Source: Klebsormidium nitens (lineage: Eukaryota > Plantae > Klebsormidiophyceae). From it: DNA of 64,000 bases. The translations under genes and the position numbers were made by a program. Of this stretch, positions 1 to 12,680 are shown piece by piece. The stretch covers positions 17,769 to 81,768 of the forward strand of contig DF237365.1 of assembly GCA_000708835.1 (NCBI GenBank). The letters are read 5' to 3'. Under the pieces are notes generated by a model, which worked only from the letters and a program-made list of their open reading frames with translations, ran no database searches and was not told where the DNA came from. Position 1 is the stretch's first letter. Each line of letters opens with the position of its first letter.

Positions 1-763
1 AACGAGTCAACCTGGGAACGACCTGTCTACCTCAAGTCCAAAATGAGCGACCTTGTCGGACCAGAATCCCCTCTCGTCCAAGCGACATGTACCTGAATTT
101 TACTGTTGCCACCCTGCGCCAGCTAGAATGCGTCTTCCTTTCCGTCGAACTTGTGGTTTGTGGCTTCTCCCCAGAAACGATATTTGATTGGCCAAAAGCA
201 GATTTCTTTGCTGCACAAAGACCTCATCTTGTCCGTCCACACTCTGAAAAGTGCAATCCATCGACGGCATGATTCAGTTCGGACACCTTGAAAGTTGACT
301 CACGAGTACATTCGGACGCCATGATGGCCTGGCGGACCCTGACAGGCTGCCGCGCCAGAGAATGACCAGTTCAATCTGATCGATTGCAGTGCACTGAGTG
401 TGCACAGTGCAGAACAAATTCGGACGCGTCCGGCAACCCAGCCTCACAGATTTTATGAGGAATCTCTCATATTACCCAAATCTCGGAAATGGTATTGAAG
501 CCATAAGTCAATGACAAAAGTTCCATATTGGTATGAGAAATTCAATAGAGTCTATGAGGAATTTGGCTGCCGCCGGCGCGAATATGTGCATCCCGGTGTG
601 CTGCCGCCCGGCGGGCCCCGGGCTCAGCAACATATCCACAGCGAGGTATCTGCGCCGTCCGATCGGCAGTGCAGGGCTTAATATCGACCGTGCAGGACGA
701 CCGAAGCGACCGTTTTGACCCACAAAGAATTGCGCGCCGCGACCGTGTGGATTGCAGTACATA

Positions 764-807
764 AGGGCGGCGCCCCTTATTGGAGAGGGCGGCGCCCCTT
801 ATTGGAG
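764..807 (+). repeat. Perfect 22-bp tandem duplication inside the TIR element
   Basis: AGGGCGGCGCCCCTTATTGGAG at 764-785 and 786-807. Confidence 0.95.
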
Positions 808-868
808 GGGGCGGGGTGGTGGTACCCGACGGCTTGCCCCGGGTGCCACCAACACTGCAAGTCCACTA

Positions 869-1035
869 GCATTAGGGTCTCGCACACCGCCCGGCGAGCA
901 ACCGGGCCCTCCCTGTGACATTAGGGTCTCGCGGGCAACCGGGTGACAACCGGGCACTTTCCAGTGACATTAGGGTGTGGCGGTCACCTTATCCTAGGTT
1001 TTTAGTGTGCCCGGTACTTCCCTGTGACAACCGCC
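869..1035 (+). repeat. Degenerate internal subrepeats (CATTAGGGT x3; CAACCG(GG) x4) in the TIR element
   Basis: CATTAGGGT occurs three times between ~870 and ~977. CAACCG(GG) occurs near 899, 937, 947 and 1028. A related block lies at ~38858-39000. Confidence 0.75.
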
Positions 1036-1642
1036 CGGGGACTCAAATTCACCATAAGGCCTGAACAGATTCTCCATACCGAACTGGAAGTTTCGTCATT
1101 GGCTTATGGCTTACTTCCCAATTGCCGGACTTGGATAATATGAGAGATTCCTCATAATAGCTGTGAGGCTGGGTTGCGTCCGGAGGGCCAATGCCACCGG
1201 GCCGGCCCGCGTGCTCGGGCCGGGCAGCCCGGCGTTCCTGTGGAGCCGCCATCATTCATGACCATCGACCATAGCCTTAGGTACCAAACTTGTATAGCAC
1301 TCAGGTGCCGGCAGAAGGGCCTAGCCAAACATCTGAATGTGAGGAGCACCGTGGCGGCAGCTGCTCTTTGTCTCTTTGTGGCGGGTGTAAAGTTGAATCC
1401 TCCAGGAAATGAGTGTGTACATAGCGACAGGGGCTTCCGGGACCCATTGAGTGGCATTGGACTTGAGGTGGTAGCAAACGATCCCTTAAGTGCCGTTCCT
1501 AACCGTGTTGGTTTGGCCTAGCTGATCTAGGGGCTACAGAGCTGTTAGGTGCGCACGGCCCATTCATTGGCAGCTCGCCAGCTCTCTCCGCTTAGTTTTC
1601 ACTAATTAACTGCTACTTATTGCTGGGTGGGAGAATTGGATC

Positions 1643-3480
1643 ATGGCAGATGCGTCGACCACTTCCACCACCACCAGCACAAGTGGTCGCCGGCTGGAGA
1701 ACGGGAGAGTGCTGTATGGCACAACAAAGGAGCATTGCGAGAGCATGATCGAACACTCTTTGAAACACAGTGAGTCAGTTTTGAGCCGATAATCTCGCAG
1801 GTGGTGGTATAAATTTCCGGTGGACGAGCAAGGGAATCCGGTGCTGGCAAAAACTCAACAAACACAAGAGCTTCTTGCCTCCAACGTTGAAGGATCGTGA
1901 AAACATCCTTTAAAGAAGCTGGCAGAGAGATCTAACCTTTCAGGACATCACCCTGTCAAAAGCGATTTGCCTTACACTGGTGCCAATGTATGCGGAACTC
2001 CCCTGTGTATGCAGACAATGTCATCAAGTTTCTGAGAGAAGCCATGGAGAAGGCAGGCTGCCCCGTCGGTGACCGTTTCTTCTCCGCCATGAATTGCATG
2101 ATGAATGCTGGTGGTGGATTTATGCCAGAGGGGGAGGGGGTGAGCCGTTTGAACCACATACTCTCTGACTCATGCAACAGTGTGTTAAACAGACTCTCTG
2201 ATTGCGCTACTGGTCCAGGCCAAACCGGATATCAGTACTTTCAAGTTTTTTGGCAGATGCTGACTCGTTTTGTCAGCATCTGTGAATGATGATGGCCAGA
2301 CAGTTCCCCATCTGACAGGGCATAGATCCTTTCACCTCCACTTTCTAAGAGCTTGCGTACAAGCATCGAAGGACGGAAGGACCTCTTGGATCCGATTGAC
2401 TCACAGAGGGCCACATCTGCCGCTCCTATAGTGCTCAGGAACTTTCTTCACAACTGGCGCACATGTTCGTTTGTTGGTCAACCTTTGAACCGGTGAAGGC
2501 TGCTGTTGATGGACTATTGAACCTCGAGCCCCCTGACGAAACGTTCAATGATAAAGACATGGTCCTGGGTGCAAGCAGATCAAGATCTGCTACAACAACG
2601 TCGTCTACCAGGATGAGGTGGACACAGGACTGGCACACGAGCTGATCCATGCATACGACCAATGTCGAGTGGCAAAACTAGACTGGGAAAACGTCCACCA
2701 CCAGGCGTGCAGTGAGGTGAGCCACTTTCCAGCCGGCAGCATTGATGTCTTTCTCATTGGATCTAATGGACCCAGATGCATCAACCATGCAATATAGTAG
2801 GTCGCCGCTAGGGCGACTCGTCCTCATAGGTTATACCAGCCAATCGGAGGCATACGTTGACCTTCTGCCTTTAAAAGTGTAGCCATTTGCGTGTGGATGC
2901 CCATGCACATCAATGAATGTAGCTTCTTGGTATGGCCAGCCCTCGCTTGTACAAGAGTAATTTGAAAGCTGCGTTCAGTCATAATGGATGCAATTGAGTC
3001 GTCTGCTTCTTTACTGCGCAGATCAGAGCCGCGAATCTTAGTGGTGACTGCCACTTCAAGCGAGAAATAGCGAGGGGGAACTTCAACATACAAAAACAAC
3101 ATCAGGTGCGTCCTGCACAGACATCATTGCTCCACTTACACATCTCACAACCCGGTTTGCTGTTGCTCAACAAGCTTTTCCTCCAGAAAGTGCAACCTTG
3201 TCGAGCTCGCCATTATGTGGATTGCAAATTCGTTCACGATGCCTCCGACTGAACTGGAATTTGCCTCCGAATCCAACTGGCTCTCCATACATGCTTCTCC
3301 CTATTTGCATACAACCAACTCTAGAGAACATCGTGAGTGCAGGTCTGCGTTAGACGAAGAGCTGTACTTTCGGTTGCAACAAACCCAAACTGTACTTCCA
3401 AGCAAGCGGCTGAGGATGCGGTGGATGCAGTCTGGGCAAAATGTTACAAGGATACAGCACCATTTGATCGGATACCTTAA
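1643..3480 (+). CDS. ATP23: Mitochondrial inner membrane metalloprotease ATP23 (peptidase M76), 203 aa; exons 1643-1769, 2015-2139, 2579-2716, 3022-3105, 3343-3480
   Basis: All introns are GT-AG and phase-consistent. Translation includes VIKFLREAMEKAGC, the HELIH zinc motif, HHQACSEIRAANLSGDCHFKRE and the C-terminal CYKDTAPFDRIP. Confidence 0.93.
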
Positions 3481-4500
3481 TAGATAATCATAGCAGTTGC
3501 AGGAAGCTGAGCTTATGTTTGTGGCATATTGCTTCCGCATTGCTGCCAGTCTCGGCGGCATGTTAGTCGGACGCTGCTCCGGGCCATATCTACCGGTTGC
3601 ATGAATACCGTCGACATGCAACATCTGCCGCATGCCCGTGGCATGCCAGCAGCTAGACACGGGAACTTATCGGACAGGATCAACTTACTTTGCGGACGTA
3701 TTTACGTGAAGTATGCCATGCCATGATGCAATGGTCACCGTCTTAAGAATAGACTGCAAGCTTAATTCAACATCAATATCAATATCAGTACCAATTATGT
3801 CAATGATTCAGTCGTATATCATCAGTGTGTCACTAAATAAGACGGATCGACCATCATTATATACCATCATTATAATATACACGTGTATACTCGCTGGCAA
3901 GCACCATTGTGATCCGAAGTTCTTGCAGAAATCTTCATCATTAAAATATATATAGAGCAAATTCGAGCTTAGGTTTAAGTGCAAAGTCATTATAACTGCG
4001 CGCGCGGCGCGCTCGATTTTATATAGTACAGCAAGGCGGCGTCCGGGCCACATTTGCGCATATGCAATCGGACATTGTGGTTAATTCTAGTAGATTGCAT
4101 GCACTAACTGCCCGCAGGCTCCGGGGCCACACGCTGACTGCTTCCAAGCTTGATGCGAACTCAGAAACCTTACTAAGAAAACTTAGTGTGAAGCGCAAGC
4201 CATGCACTCCTAATTAGTATGCAGTGCTTCGAATTATCGATAATGCATGCCAAAACGGGCGCGACCCTATAACTACAGTCTATCATATGTAACAAAGCGA
4301 AGTCCCTTTGACTTAGCAGCAAAGCAGCAACTCCTACACCTAACTACTGTCTAGCCAGCCGCGCAACCGCGTAAGGCAACTGCGTCAAATCTTCTGCAAC
4401 CCGCGTTACTGCAATGCAGTACACTTGCTGGCTTTCCTGCGGTCAAGTGTGAAATTACAGTCCCTTCCGACACCCTCGGTCCGATCACTAGCGTGCGGCA

Positions 4501-7500
4501 TCACGCTAGTGCTTTCATAAGCTGATCATAAGACGTGAACATGATTGTCGAGCTCGGCGCAACCCACCAAACGCGCGACATGGTGCCGCGGAAGAATCCT
4601 TTCAACCCTTCGTGCCGGAGAATGGACTTTACGGCGTCGATCGGGCCAGAGTAGTTGGTGCTGGAGGCGATGTTGCTGCGACCCTGGACTTGCAGCCGCG
4701 TCTTGATCACATCCTGCAAAGAAGCGAGGGCGGCTGAGGGCCACTCCAGCACGTACTGAGAGATTGCAAAGGAAATTGTCAAGCACAGGAGCCATACTCG
4801 CGGCCTTAGCTTCACACCCGCGTGGTCGAGAAAGTCGACTTGGATAACACGAGTCAGTTCAGTGGCTGAACGAGTGACGGGGCCGCGAGAGAAGGGCCAG
4901 CCATTCATCCAGACAGTTCATGTCCATTTAGGCGAACAGCGGCAGCTCGTTATTGGAGGGGATTCCTCAACACACCGACGGAGCAGATTGAAATGATGCG
5001 GAACGAGGCACCAACTTCATTCACCATCGTTCCTGCCGATCCCACCACAAGTTCCGGAAAGCAGTGCGGCGAAAATGTGTGACGAACGGAAGAAAAACGG
5101 ACAACGAAGCCGCAGGGACTGACCGCGGGATTTGTGACCGCCGCTGCGACCGCACTGCTGCCGAACGAGGCCGCTAGCTCCCATTGCACGTCGAGTTGAT
5201 CGACCTGCACAGACAATACGGCGAGCTGGGCAAATGGAGCTACGGAATGAAGGGTTTGGCGTCTACCCAACAGCGGGAGCCCTCTAGCCCATTCAGAATA
5301 AAGCAGGTGATTCTCTCGCTTGGGATTCCGTCAATGTCGAGGTTGAACGTTGCAAACAATGCTGAGGTCAGTCGCCAAGATGGCGGATTTGCAAGTCCAA
5401 GCCGTCTTGTCGACCGCGACTTTTAAGACAAGCATCTTCACTGGTGACAAAAGCTGGTTTCAAGCTGCCAGCAGGGTACGATGGAAGCTGATAATCAGCC
5501 GCGTTCTGCTTAGGGGAACGCAGACGCGAGACTTTGAAGCGCCGCAAGAGGGTAGGACCTTGCGAGAGGAAAACAATACGAAGCGACTGACAATTTGAGG
5601 AGCAACGGGACGGAGGACCCACCGTTCCGACGCCTGTGTATCGGGCGGCCAATACTTTGGTTCCCTCCCACATGGGCAAGTAAATGGCGTTGAAGGGGCC
5701 CCACACCATCTGGCAGGCAAAGACAGAGAGATTGCAGAGGTGAAGAGGAATCTTGCAGCGGAGACGTATGGCTAACAAAAAGCTGGGGTCGGACGACTTG
5801 ATCCGGTTACGCGACTGCCGATGACAACACTTGTTGTTCGATTTCTGATGCTCAAAAGGGCCCGTAGCTTCCCTCCAAAAATTGCAGAGCGGTTCGAGAC
5901 TACAGCAAAGGACTGTCGTTGAAAATAACAGTACTTGCGAATCAAAGCAGTCGGTTTAGCGTAGTCGTTTCAAGATGGCAATCGATCATTTTAAGGCTTT
6001 CTTTGCGCTGCTGAATCCGACTTCGAAGCAAGAATGTGATGAACCCGACCTTCAGCAAAGTCTTCCAAAGGAATGATTACGAGTTGTATGCGAAGGTGAC
6101 GCCATTCGACGCACCTGTGTCATGGCGAAGCCCCGATATAAAGCTAGTGGCCCTTCCGAACGAATGATGGTCCTCGCAGCGTCTAGCGACCCCTGCGAGA
6201 GAAGTGGGTCGTCAACAGACTTCGTGAAAAACCTCCAGTTGATTAGCAGCTTTGTAGGAACAGGCACTGTTGGCGTTTTTCTGCTCCTTTCCGGAGTTGT
6301 CGCGAGTACCATCATAAACGGGAAGTCACATTTCCACGAATTTGCATCGGGTAAGATCCCAAACCTCGCTTGACTTCGAAACCTTGAAGGATGCAATCGG
6401 CTGACGATTGCTGATGTCAGGACACCTCTTCCTCGTCCGCAAGCACCATCCTTTCAAGCGTGGCAATAAGAGGGCTGACCTGATACGCCCCGCTGGTGTT
6501 GGTTTGCACTTGCTGACGTTGTCGGACCACTTCCAGGGGGACCATCGCTAGGGACTGGGCCACTGTAGCGATGACCCCCCCGGCGAATTGGGTCATCGGA
6601 GACTCCTCACTACCTGGAACCAAGACGTCAGGTGGGGTCAGGTGGTCGATCGCTCTGTTTCGCCACTCTGGCTCTTGAAACATGACATTACTACAGAGTG
6701 AGTCAATCCAGAGAGAAGTAACGACCGTGAGGCTGTGAAGGAGACTGGAAACGCAAGCTCGAGGTGAAAGGTTGCAGCCAGATCCAGGCCCACAATTGCA
6801 AAAGCGTTGATGTTGAGATTCATCGTTGACATGTTGCAAGCCAGAAGAAAGTGGACAGAGTTCTGTGGCGGGTGTCTTCACACACCTGGCAGGAATTGTT
6901 TGGAAGCCTGGTATGCCCCCATGTACAGGGCCTGTGCGGGAGCCACTTGCGCCACTGTCCCAAAGCCCTGCCAAGAGTGTGGTCAGCAGCTTCAGCCTTA
7001 TCTAAGGATGCCAGGGGTATAGCTGGTAAAGAACCAACCTTCACGTTACGTTGGACAAGGGGTTGGGCATATTACTGGAACTTAGCTCCTTTGTTACCAG
7101 ATCTTGTTACTGAAACACAAGGAATCTGTCGCTGCTACCTTCCCCGCTCCTGCCCCACCAACTGGATCAGAGCTTCTCAAACAAGAATACAATGGCCATT
7201 CAAAATATGCCAATGAATCGAAAGCATAACTTTTCCCAAGGGAGATTCCAAACTTCCAAGCTTCGTCCAGAGAGGATTTGTAGGTCAGCCAGCGGGAACA
7301 GTAAGGGCTTGCCTTGAAGAGTGTGCGCCAGCCCTCCCTGGCGGCTATGGTCCACAGTGCGTCCAGCGGCCCCTTGTATGCATATGCCACCTTCCCAGCA
7401 GCCTGCTGAGCACCCTGGACTTGCATCCTGCCAGCATGGAGATGAATAGACGTCTCTGCACTGTGTGAACTATCTGATATCAAGGAGGCATCAAGTAGGT

Positions 7501-7947
7501 CTGAGCCGAAAAGGTGGTACAGTTCTGACCGTCAGCATTGCCCACATGAGGTGCCCAGACAAGTCACAAAATATTCGAAAGCAGACCCTCTTCTTGCATG
7601 TACAACAACCAAGTGCAAGCCTGACCTGAAATTAAATCACGCCACAGCTTCCGTTCTGAGCTACTTCAGTTGAGCCACCTTGCTGTTGATTGCAAACACG
7701 CTTTAGAATGTCGCCCTGCCTTTGTTTTGGGGAGCCAAGGAACATTAGATCTTGCTCCAAGACGTGCCCAGCTTTGACCGGAACCCGCAAGTAGTTCTTA
7801 CCGTGACTTGACGGTACACATTGGATAAGTCACACCGTCCGCCAGCATTCCTGCCACCCCTCCCGACAGCATTTGCTTGGAAAGCGTCCATGCCGGCTGT
7901 TCTTGGGCAAAGAGGAGGGCGGAGGGGTCCTGTCGGACTTCCTCCAT
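4501..7947 (-). CDS. Mitochondrial substrate carrier (SLC25 family), 311 aa; exons 7947-7802, 7427-7313, 6967-6886, 6613-6480, 6192-6115, 5709-5623, 5204-5124, 4713-4501
   Basis: Three carrier repeats with signatures PMCTVKSRMQVQ, PLEVVRQRQQVQ and PADVIKTRLQVQ, each followed by an EGxxx(L/F)(F/Y)(K/R)G motif. Phases are consistent if intron 2 uses a GC donor. Substrate not assignable. Confidence 0.92.
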
Positions 7948-8663
7948 GGCTCCTCTGCTTGCCCCCAAAGGAGACTACATAGAAACCAGGTGCGATCAGG
8001 TCCAGTAACCACACATTAATTCCAAGCAATCAGCTTTACTACGCAGTCAAAGCTACAGCATTACATCCTTAAAGAATAGTCTGTACGCGCAGGCCGCTAC
8101 GAAATAGTTCATCGCAGCGCTCTAGCTGCAAGGGGGTGCAATAGGCAGCTGCCCCTAGATCAGAACAGCAGCAGGCCGGCGGCTGGCGGCCAAAGCCATC
8201 ACCAACGCCATGCAAAGCGCCATTGTGCCGATCGAAGTGTTTCTTCTAGAGCTGGTAAAAGGGTTTCAGGGCTTGCCCTTCTAGGAGTTTTCAAAACCCT
8301 TTTGCACTCTATCTGTGCCAGTGGCTAAATGGATCAGGCGGCATGCAGTACGTCAGGCGGCCGCGCTAAGCTTCGCAAGCATTGGAATGGCCCGGCGCGC
8401 GCTATGCTTCCAAGTTGATGCACATACGCGCGGACAAAAGCACTCATCACCCTTGAGAGTCAATATATAATATATGTGCTACGAAGCCTAACGATCGGTA
8501 TGCATACCGCCCGCTTGGAGCTCAATGAGAAAGGTCGGACAGCTCGGCCCAACAGTTCGGCGCGCCACTACTAAAGTCAACGTACTTGGTGCATTGTCCG
8601 TGCATACTTAGCTGATATGTACATTGCAACATCTTGATTATCCTGAGATACAATCGTTCGCCA

Positions 8664-11600
8664 TCACTGTTTTCTCCGTCTATGAATGGACTCCGCTATA
8701 AGACAAAGCTGCTCAAACATCATGTTTGCTGCCACTCGCGGCGTGTTTCCTGTGGGGTCCCACGGCGGGGACGTGCACACGAAGTCCGCCCCCACAAAGT
8801 GCAAGCCTCGCAACCCTCTCAAAATAATCTGCGCTTCCAGCGTCGTGAGTCCGCCATCTTCCGGAGACCCGGTCCCAATCGCATATGCAGGATCGAGGGC
8901 GTCGACGTCGAACGTGATGTAAGTGGGGCCGTCTCCAACAATCTGCAACAAAACGCGGAAGAACCAAAGCTTTTAAAGTCGGGTGTTTGCCGGAGCTACC
9001 GGAGACCCACCAGAGACTACGTCGTCTACGAATGTTGATCCTTTCTTGGGGCTCGCGGAACGGCTTACGAGGAGCAGCAGATAAGGAACAGCACAAAGCA
9101 GCAAATTCTGTGCAAGAAGGCAAACCTCCTGCAATTATGCGTGCTGCCAGGCTGAATCCTCGTCACCATAGCCAACGGAGGAGGGTCCCATCAGGCAGGG
9201 AAGAACATAAGGAGGGAAGCAGCAGCGGTCGAAGAGCCGGACGGCTGGGCGCGCTATCAGGTCAAGAAGAATTTCAGAGGCAAGTAGGCTGAAACCGTGT
9301 GTCTTGGCCACCATGCATACGGCTTTTGGTCACAGCCGAGGCCACAAACACTTCGCATTTTCGGCCCTCTTTTCAGACGGCGCCCTACGATGGGTCGGCC
9401 TTGTAAACTAAGATTTTTGGCGGCCCGCGACGAGAGCGACTTTTTAAGGGCACCCTTGGAGGTCTCTTTCTCCAGCTTCAGGCATAGTTCAAGCTGAAGG
9501 ACGAAGCGCATCCAATCGGAAAGCTGTTGGTACATTCACGGCCTTGTAAGCGGAACCTGACTTGAGCTACGATAGAGTTCAAAAGGCAACAACTTGCGAC
9601 CGGATAGATTGAACGAACCTTTTGAAAACGAAGCAAGGCCACTTTGGATATTGCCCCCGATCGCCGAGGTAAAACAAGTGCACCTCAGCGCCGCAGCGAG
9701 CAGGGGTCACTACGCTCAATACCAGCCGGCCATCCGACCCAAAACGTAACCCGGGCATCAATCTTTCCCCTCCATGCCGCTGTGCAAAGCGGTCGGGGCG
9801 TGAAAATTCTCAAGAAAGATGATAAATATAAGCCAAGATAATGCTAAGCTCCGACTAACATCAAAAACCCTAACCTAAACAGATACCTGCTCCGCACCCA
9901 TACCCACCCTAACCACCAAACTAACCCTACCCGTACCGTGCGGTTCCCTCATTATCACCTCGGCTTGTTATCTTCATTGAGTTCAATCGGGGCTTACCTC
10001 CCGGGCCTCGTGCGCGACCTTCTTGGGCCCCAGGTCGTAGAACTCCTCCATGTCCACCACGCGCATGCCCGCGTCCTCGCTCAGCATCTTGCCGGGGCTC
10101 ATGGGGCCGCGGATGCCGATCTGGATCGTGCGCTTCGGGTCGATCAGCCCGTCCGCGAGCGCGCAGCTGAAGGGCGTGCCGTTCCAATACTGCAGATGCG
10201 GAGGAAAAACAGCGTTCGGCGAGGCACGATCAACATGTCGTTACTGTTTTCCGCTTCTTGACTGCCTGCCATAGTACCTTCTGTGGAGGGCTTTGAAAAG
10301 GCCGAACTTATCGAAAAGATTCAAAGACTTTCACTAAATCCGAATATTGAGGCAGAAGTGGGCGTTTGCAAGCTTCGGAAGGATGAGACTTGGTTCGCTT
10401 CTGCAGGGCCGAGCAAAGTCTTTTGAACCTCCAGAGCGAGTAATTTCCTCCAGTTCAGAGTCTAAGTCCTGGGCAAATTCAGGCAAACGTCCTGGGCCAT
10501 ATTAGACAAAGCTGTTACACACGGACGACGCTGCATTCTTGGAACCGAGATGACTTGATTGACGCTCAGGAGGGGCCCGCTGACAGTCCCTTCCGCCATT
10601 CATTGAGGATGTAGCCGCGCCAGGGACTAGGACGAAGGGTTCAGAGGGTGTGTCTTTCCAAGCCTTCCAGCCAAACATCATCGCACACTAGAAGCACGTT
10701 CGGGTAGGCTAAGGACAGCCTTACTCCGTAAAGGTCTGCACATCACCCAAACGGAAAGATACCTGACGCTTGCAAGCGCTTCTGCTTCCTGGGCAACAAC
10801 AGAGGGTGCAAAACGTCAACCAGGGTTCTGCCTAAGAGAAAACCAAAGTGTCGTCAGTGACTCACTTTGGACCCCGTGCTTTCCTCGCTCTCCTGCAGGT
10901 CCACTGTATCGTGGTGTGCGTCCAGGTGCACCAGCCCAACGGGACCCCCCGCCGCCTCAGCCACCGCACGCAAAATGGGATACGAGATGCTGTGATCGCC
11001 GCCCGCGGTGATCGGAATGATGCCCCTGACACAGAAAGAGAAAGGACGTGAATGAGTCCTGGCTGAGTGTCTAAAGAGCAGGTGACTAGATGGATTAGGA
11101 CACCGGAGGAATGTGTTCTAAAGACGTGGAAGAGCAAAATGGAGGACGGGGCAGCTTGCCGCTCTCTGCACCACTTCGAAAGTGTTTACTTGTGGGTTGC
11201 AGAACGCGTTTTACCATAACCTGTGACTGGCCATCGTGCATGGTTGTAGATCCACTGTATTCATGCCCATGAACAGTCGGAGATGAATATTGTTGAGCAA
11301 GCTCTTGATTGTTAGCCCGCAACAACAACATCATCTCTGGCACTCAACAACATCTCAAAGTTCCAAAACGTCAATTCCGCATACTGAATACTAGAAATAA
11401 TACTCATTCAAATCATTTTAGTAAAGTGCTAAATGAAACAATGGAGAGACGTTTCGCACCTGCTGCACAGCTGCCGGAAGTAGTCGTAGATCTCGTGCTG
11501 CGCACTCTCGACCCCGTGCCAGGGCCTCTTTATGACGACGTCACCAACATCTGCCACCTGGCACAGGCTGAATGGGGCCACACCGGTGGACCCATGGATC

Positions 11601-12680
11601 TTGCGCAGCATCGACGACTTGTTGCGGATCTCGCGAGGGCCAAAGCGCGTCCCAGGGTGGCTGGCCCCGCCATCAAAAGGAACGCCCACCAGGGCAATGT
11701 CCAGCTGCAAAAAGGTGGGAGGTCTGTATCCTTTGGTAGCGCGGTGCCAGGAAAAGCACGGAAGGAGCGACTGCCTGGAATCCTCCTTGTCTAATGGGTT
11801 TGAAAAAGTGAATTCAAGGGGGAGGGGGGTATTTGTGTAAGGACAGGGAAGGTTGTCAAACTGCATGCTAGAAGAAAGTACCACAGCGGACAAGCCCCAA
11901 GTAAGCCTTTCTTCTCCCTTGGGGGGGAAAAAGGAATGTTGAAGGGGCAAGGGGGGAACTAAGACCAAGACACACGGTCCCCCACGTTGGGCACAAGAAA
12001 GGGCCAAGAGGACCTGGTCAGAGAACCCTTGCACAGCTAAAGCAATGGTGCTGTAATCTGGTTGAAGACTGCCACCATTAAGAAGAGTCTGTGTATGCCA
12101 TAGACAGGGTTATTGCCTGACTAAGTAGTAAAGCTTGGGCTTCTAGATCCTGGCTGCCCAGAGGACCTTGCTTCCAGGTCCTTTGACATGTGCTTGGAGT
12201 CAGTTGCATGCAGGGAGGCAAAGCTGAGAAACAAAATGGGCAGCTATAACATTCAACAACAATGGGTCTTCCCAAAGCGAATGCTTTGTATACATTGATG
12301 GGAGCTTTTAACATCAGTCTTGCACCAATCTTTGACTGATCACACGACAACCAGCTTCAACACCTTCTCTCGAAGCCCAATCGAGCCCACACCAATCAGT
12401 GCTGGTTGCTTACCCCTTCCAGCGTATCTGCCAGTGGGGCTTTCAGCAGCGTGGGCAGCCCTGAAAACTTGGGCGTCTTGTGATGCTGGTACCTGGCAAA
12501 GTCATCCGGCAGCTCCTGGGCAGTACCACTGGAAAACTCTCTGTAAAAGCGACCTGCATCCGCAAGCGCTGATGCAGATGGTGGATTGCTATCTCTTTGT
12601 GGAAAAGAACCGCTGCTAGCTCTCCCCCACAACCGTCTGCTGATGGAGGAAAGGCAATGCCGTGCTTTGAAGGCAGCCAT
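8664..12680 (-). CDS. Ureohydrolase (agmatinase/guanidino-acid hydrolase-like, arginase fold) with probable mitochondrial presequence, 380 aa; exons 12680-12414, 11704-11460, 11025-10866, 10189-9998, 8942-8664
   Basis: Motifs LVGVPFD, GTRFGPREIR, GGDHS, HLDAHHD, QIGIRG and TFDVDALDP. Arg/Ser-rich, acid-poor N-terminus (MAAFKARHCLSSISRRLWGR). Confidence 0.92.
9865..9934 (-). repeat. Telomere-like G-rich dispersed repeat in ureohydrolase intron 4
   Basis: The minus strand reads ACGGGTAGGGTTAGTTTGGTGGTTAGGGTGGGTATGGGTGCGGAGC...TTAGGTTAGGGTTT. It is similar to 63300-63349 on the plus strand. Confidence 0.7.

Larger units (their letters stand above)
434..1176. mobile_element. Non-autonomous terminal-inverted-repeat DNA transposon (MITE/foldback-like), 743 bp, with 7-bp target-site duplication
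   Basis: 434-~568 (CAACCCAGCCTCACAGATTTTATGAGGAATCTCTCATATTA...) is the reverse complement of ~1044-1176 (...TAATATGAGAGATTCCTCATAATAGCTGTGAGGCTGGGTTG). The outer ~40 bp differ at only 2 positions and the inner part is more diverged. The direct repeat CGTCCGG flanks both ends (427-433 and 1177-1183). No transposase ORF inside. Confidence 0.85.

Noticed and set aside
1-330. Possible 5' exon of a minus-strand gene (MPSMDCTFQSVDGQDE...)
   Set aside because: No recognisable motif and no splice-consistent continuation within the window.
869-1035. Repeat-spacer look resembling a CRISPR array
   Set aside because: Repeats are short, degenerate and irregularly spaced, inside a eukaryotic TIR element, with no cas genes.
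1152-1521. ORFs 1152-1457 (-) and 1174-1521 (+) as a transposase or zf-RVT remnant
   Set aside because: No convincing catalytic or Cys/His pattern in any frame. They overlap the TIR and the ATP23 promoter.
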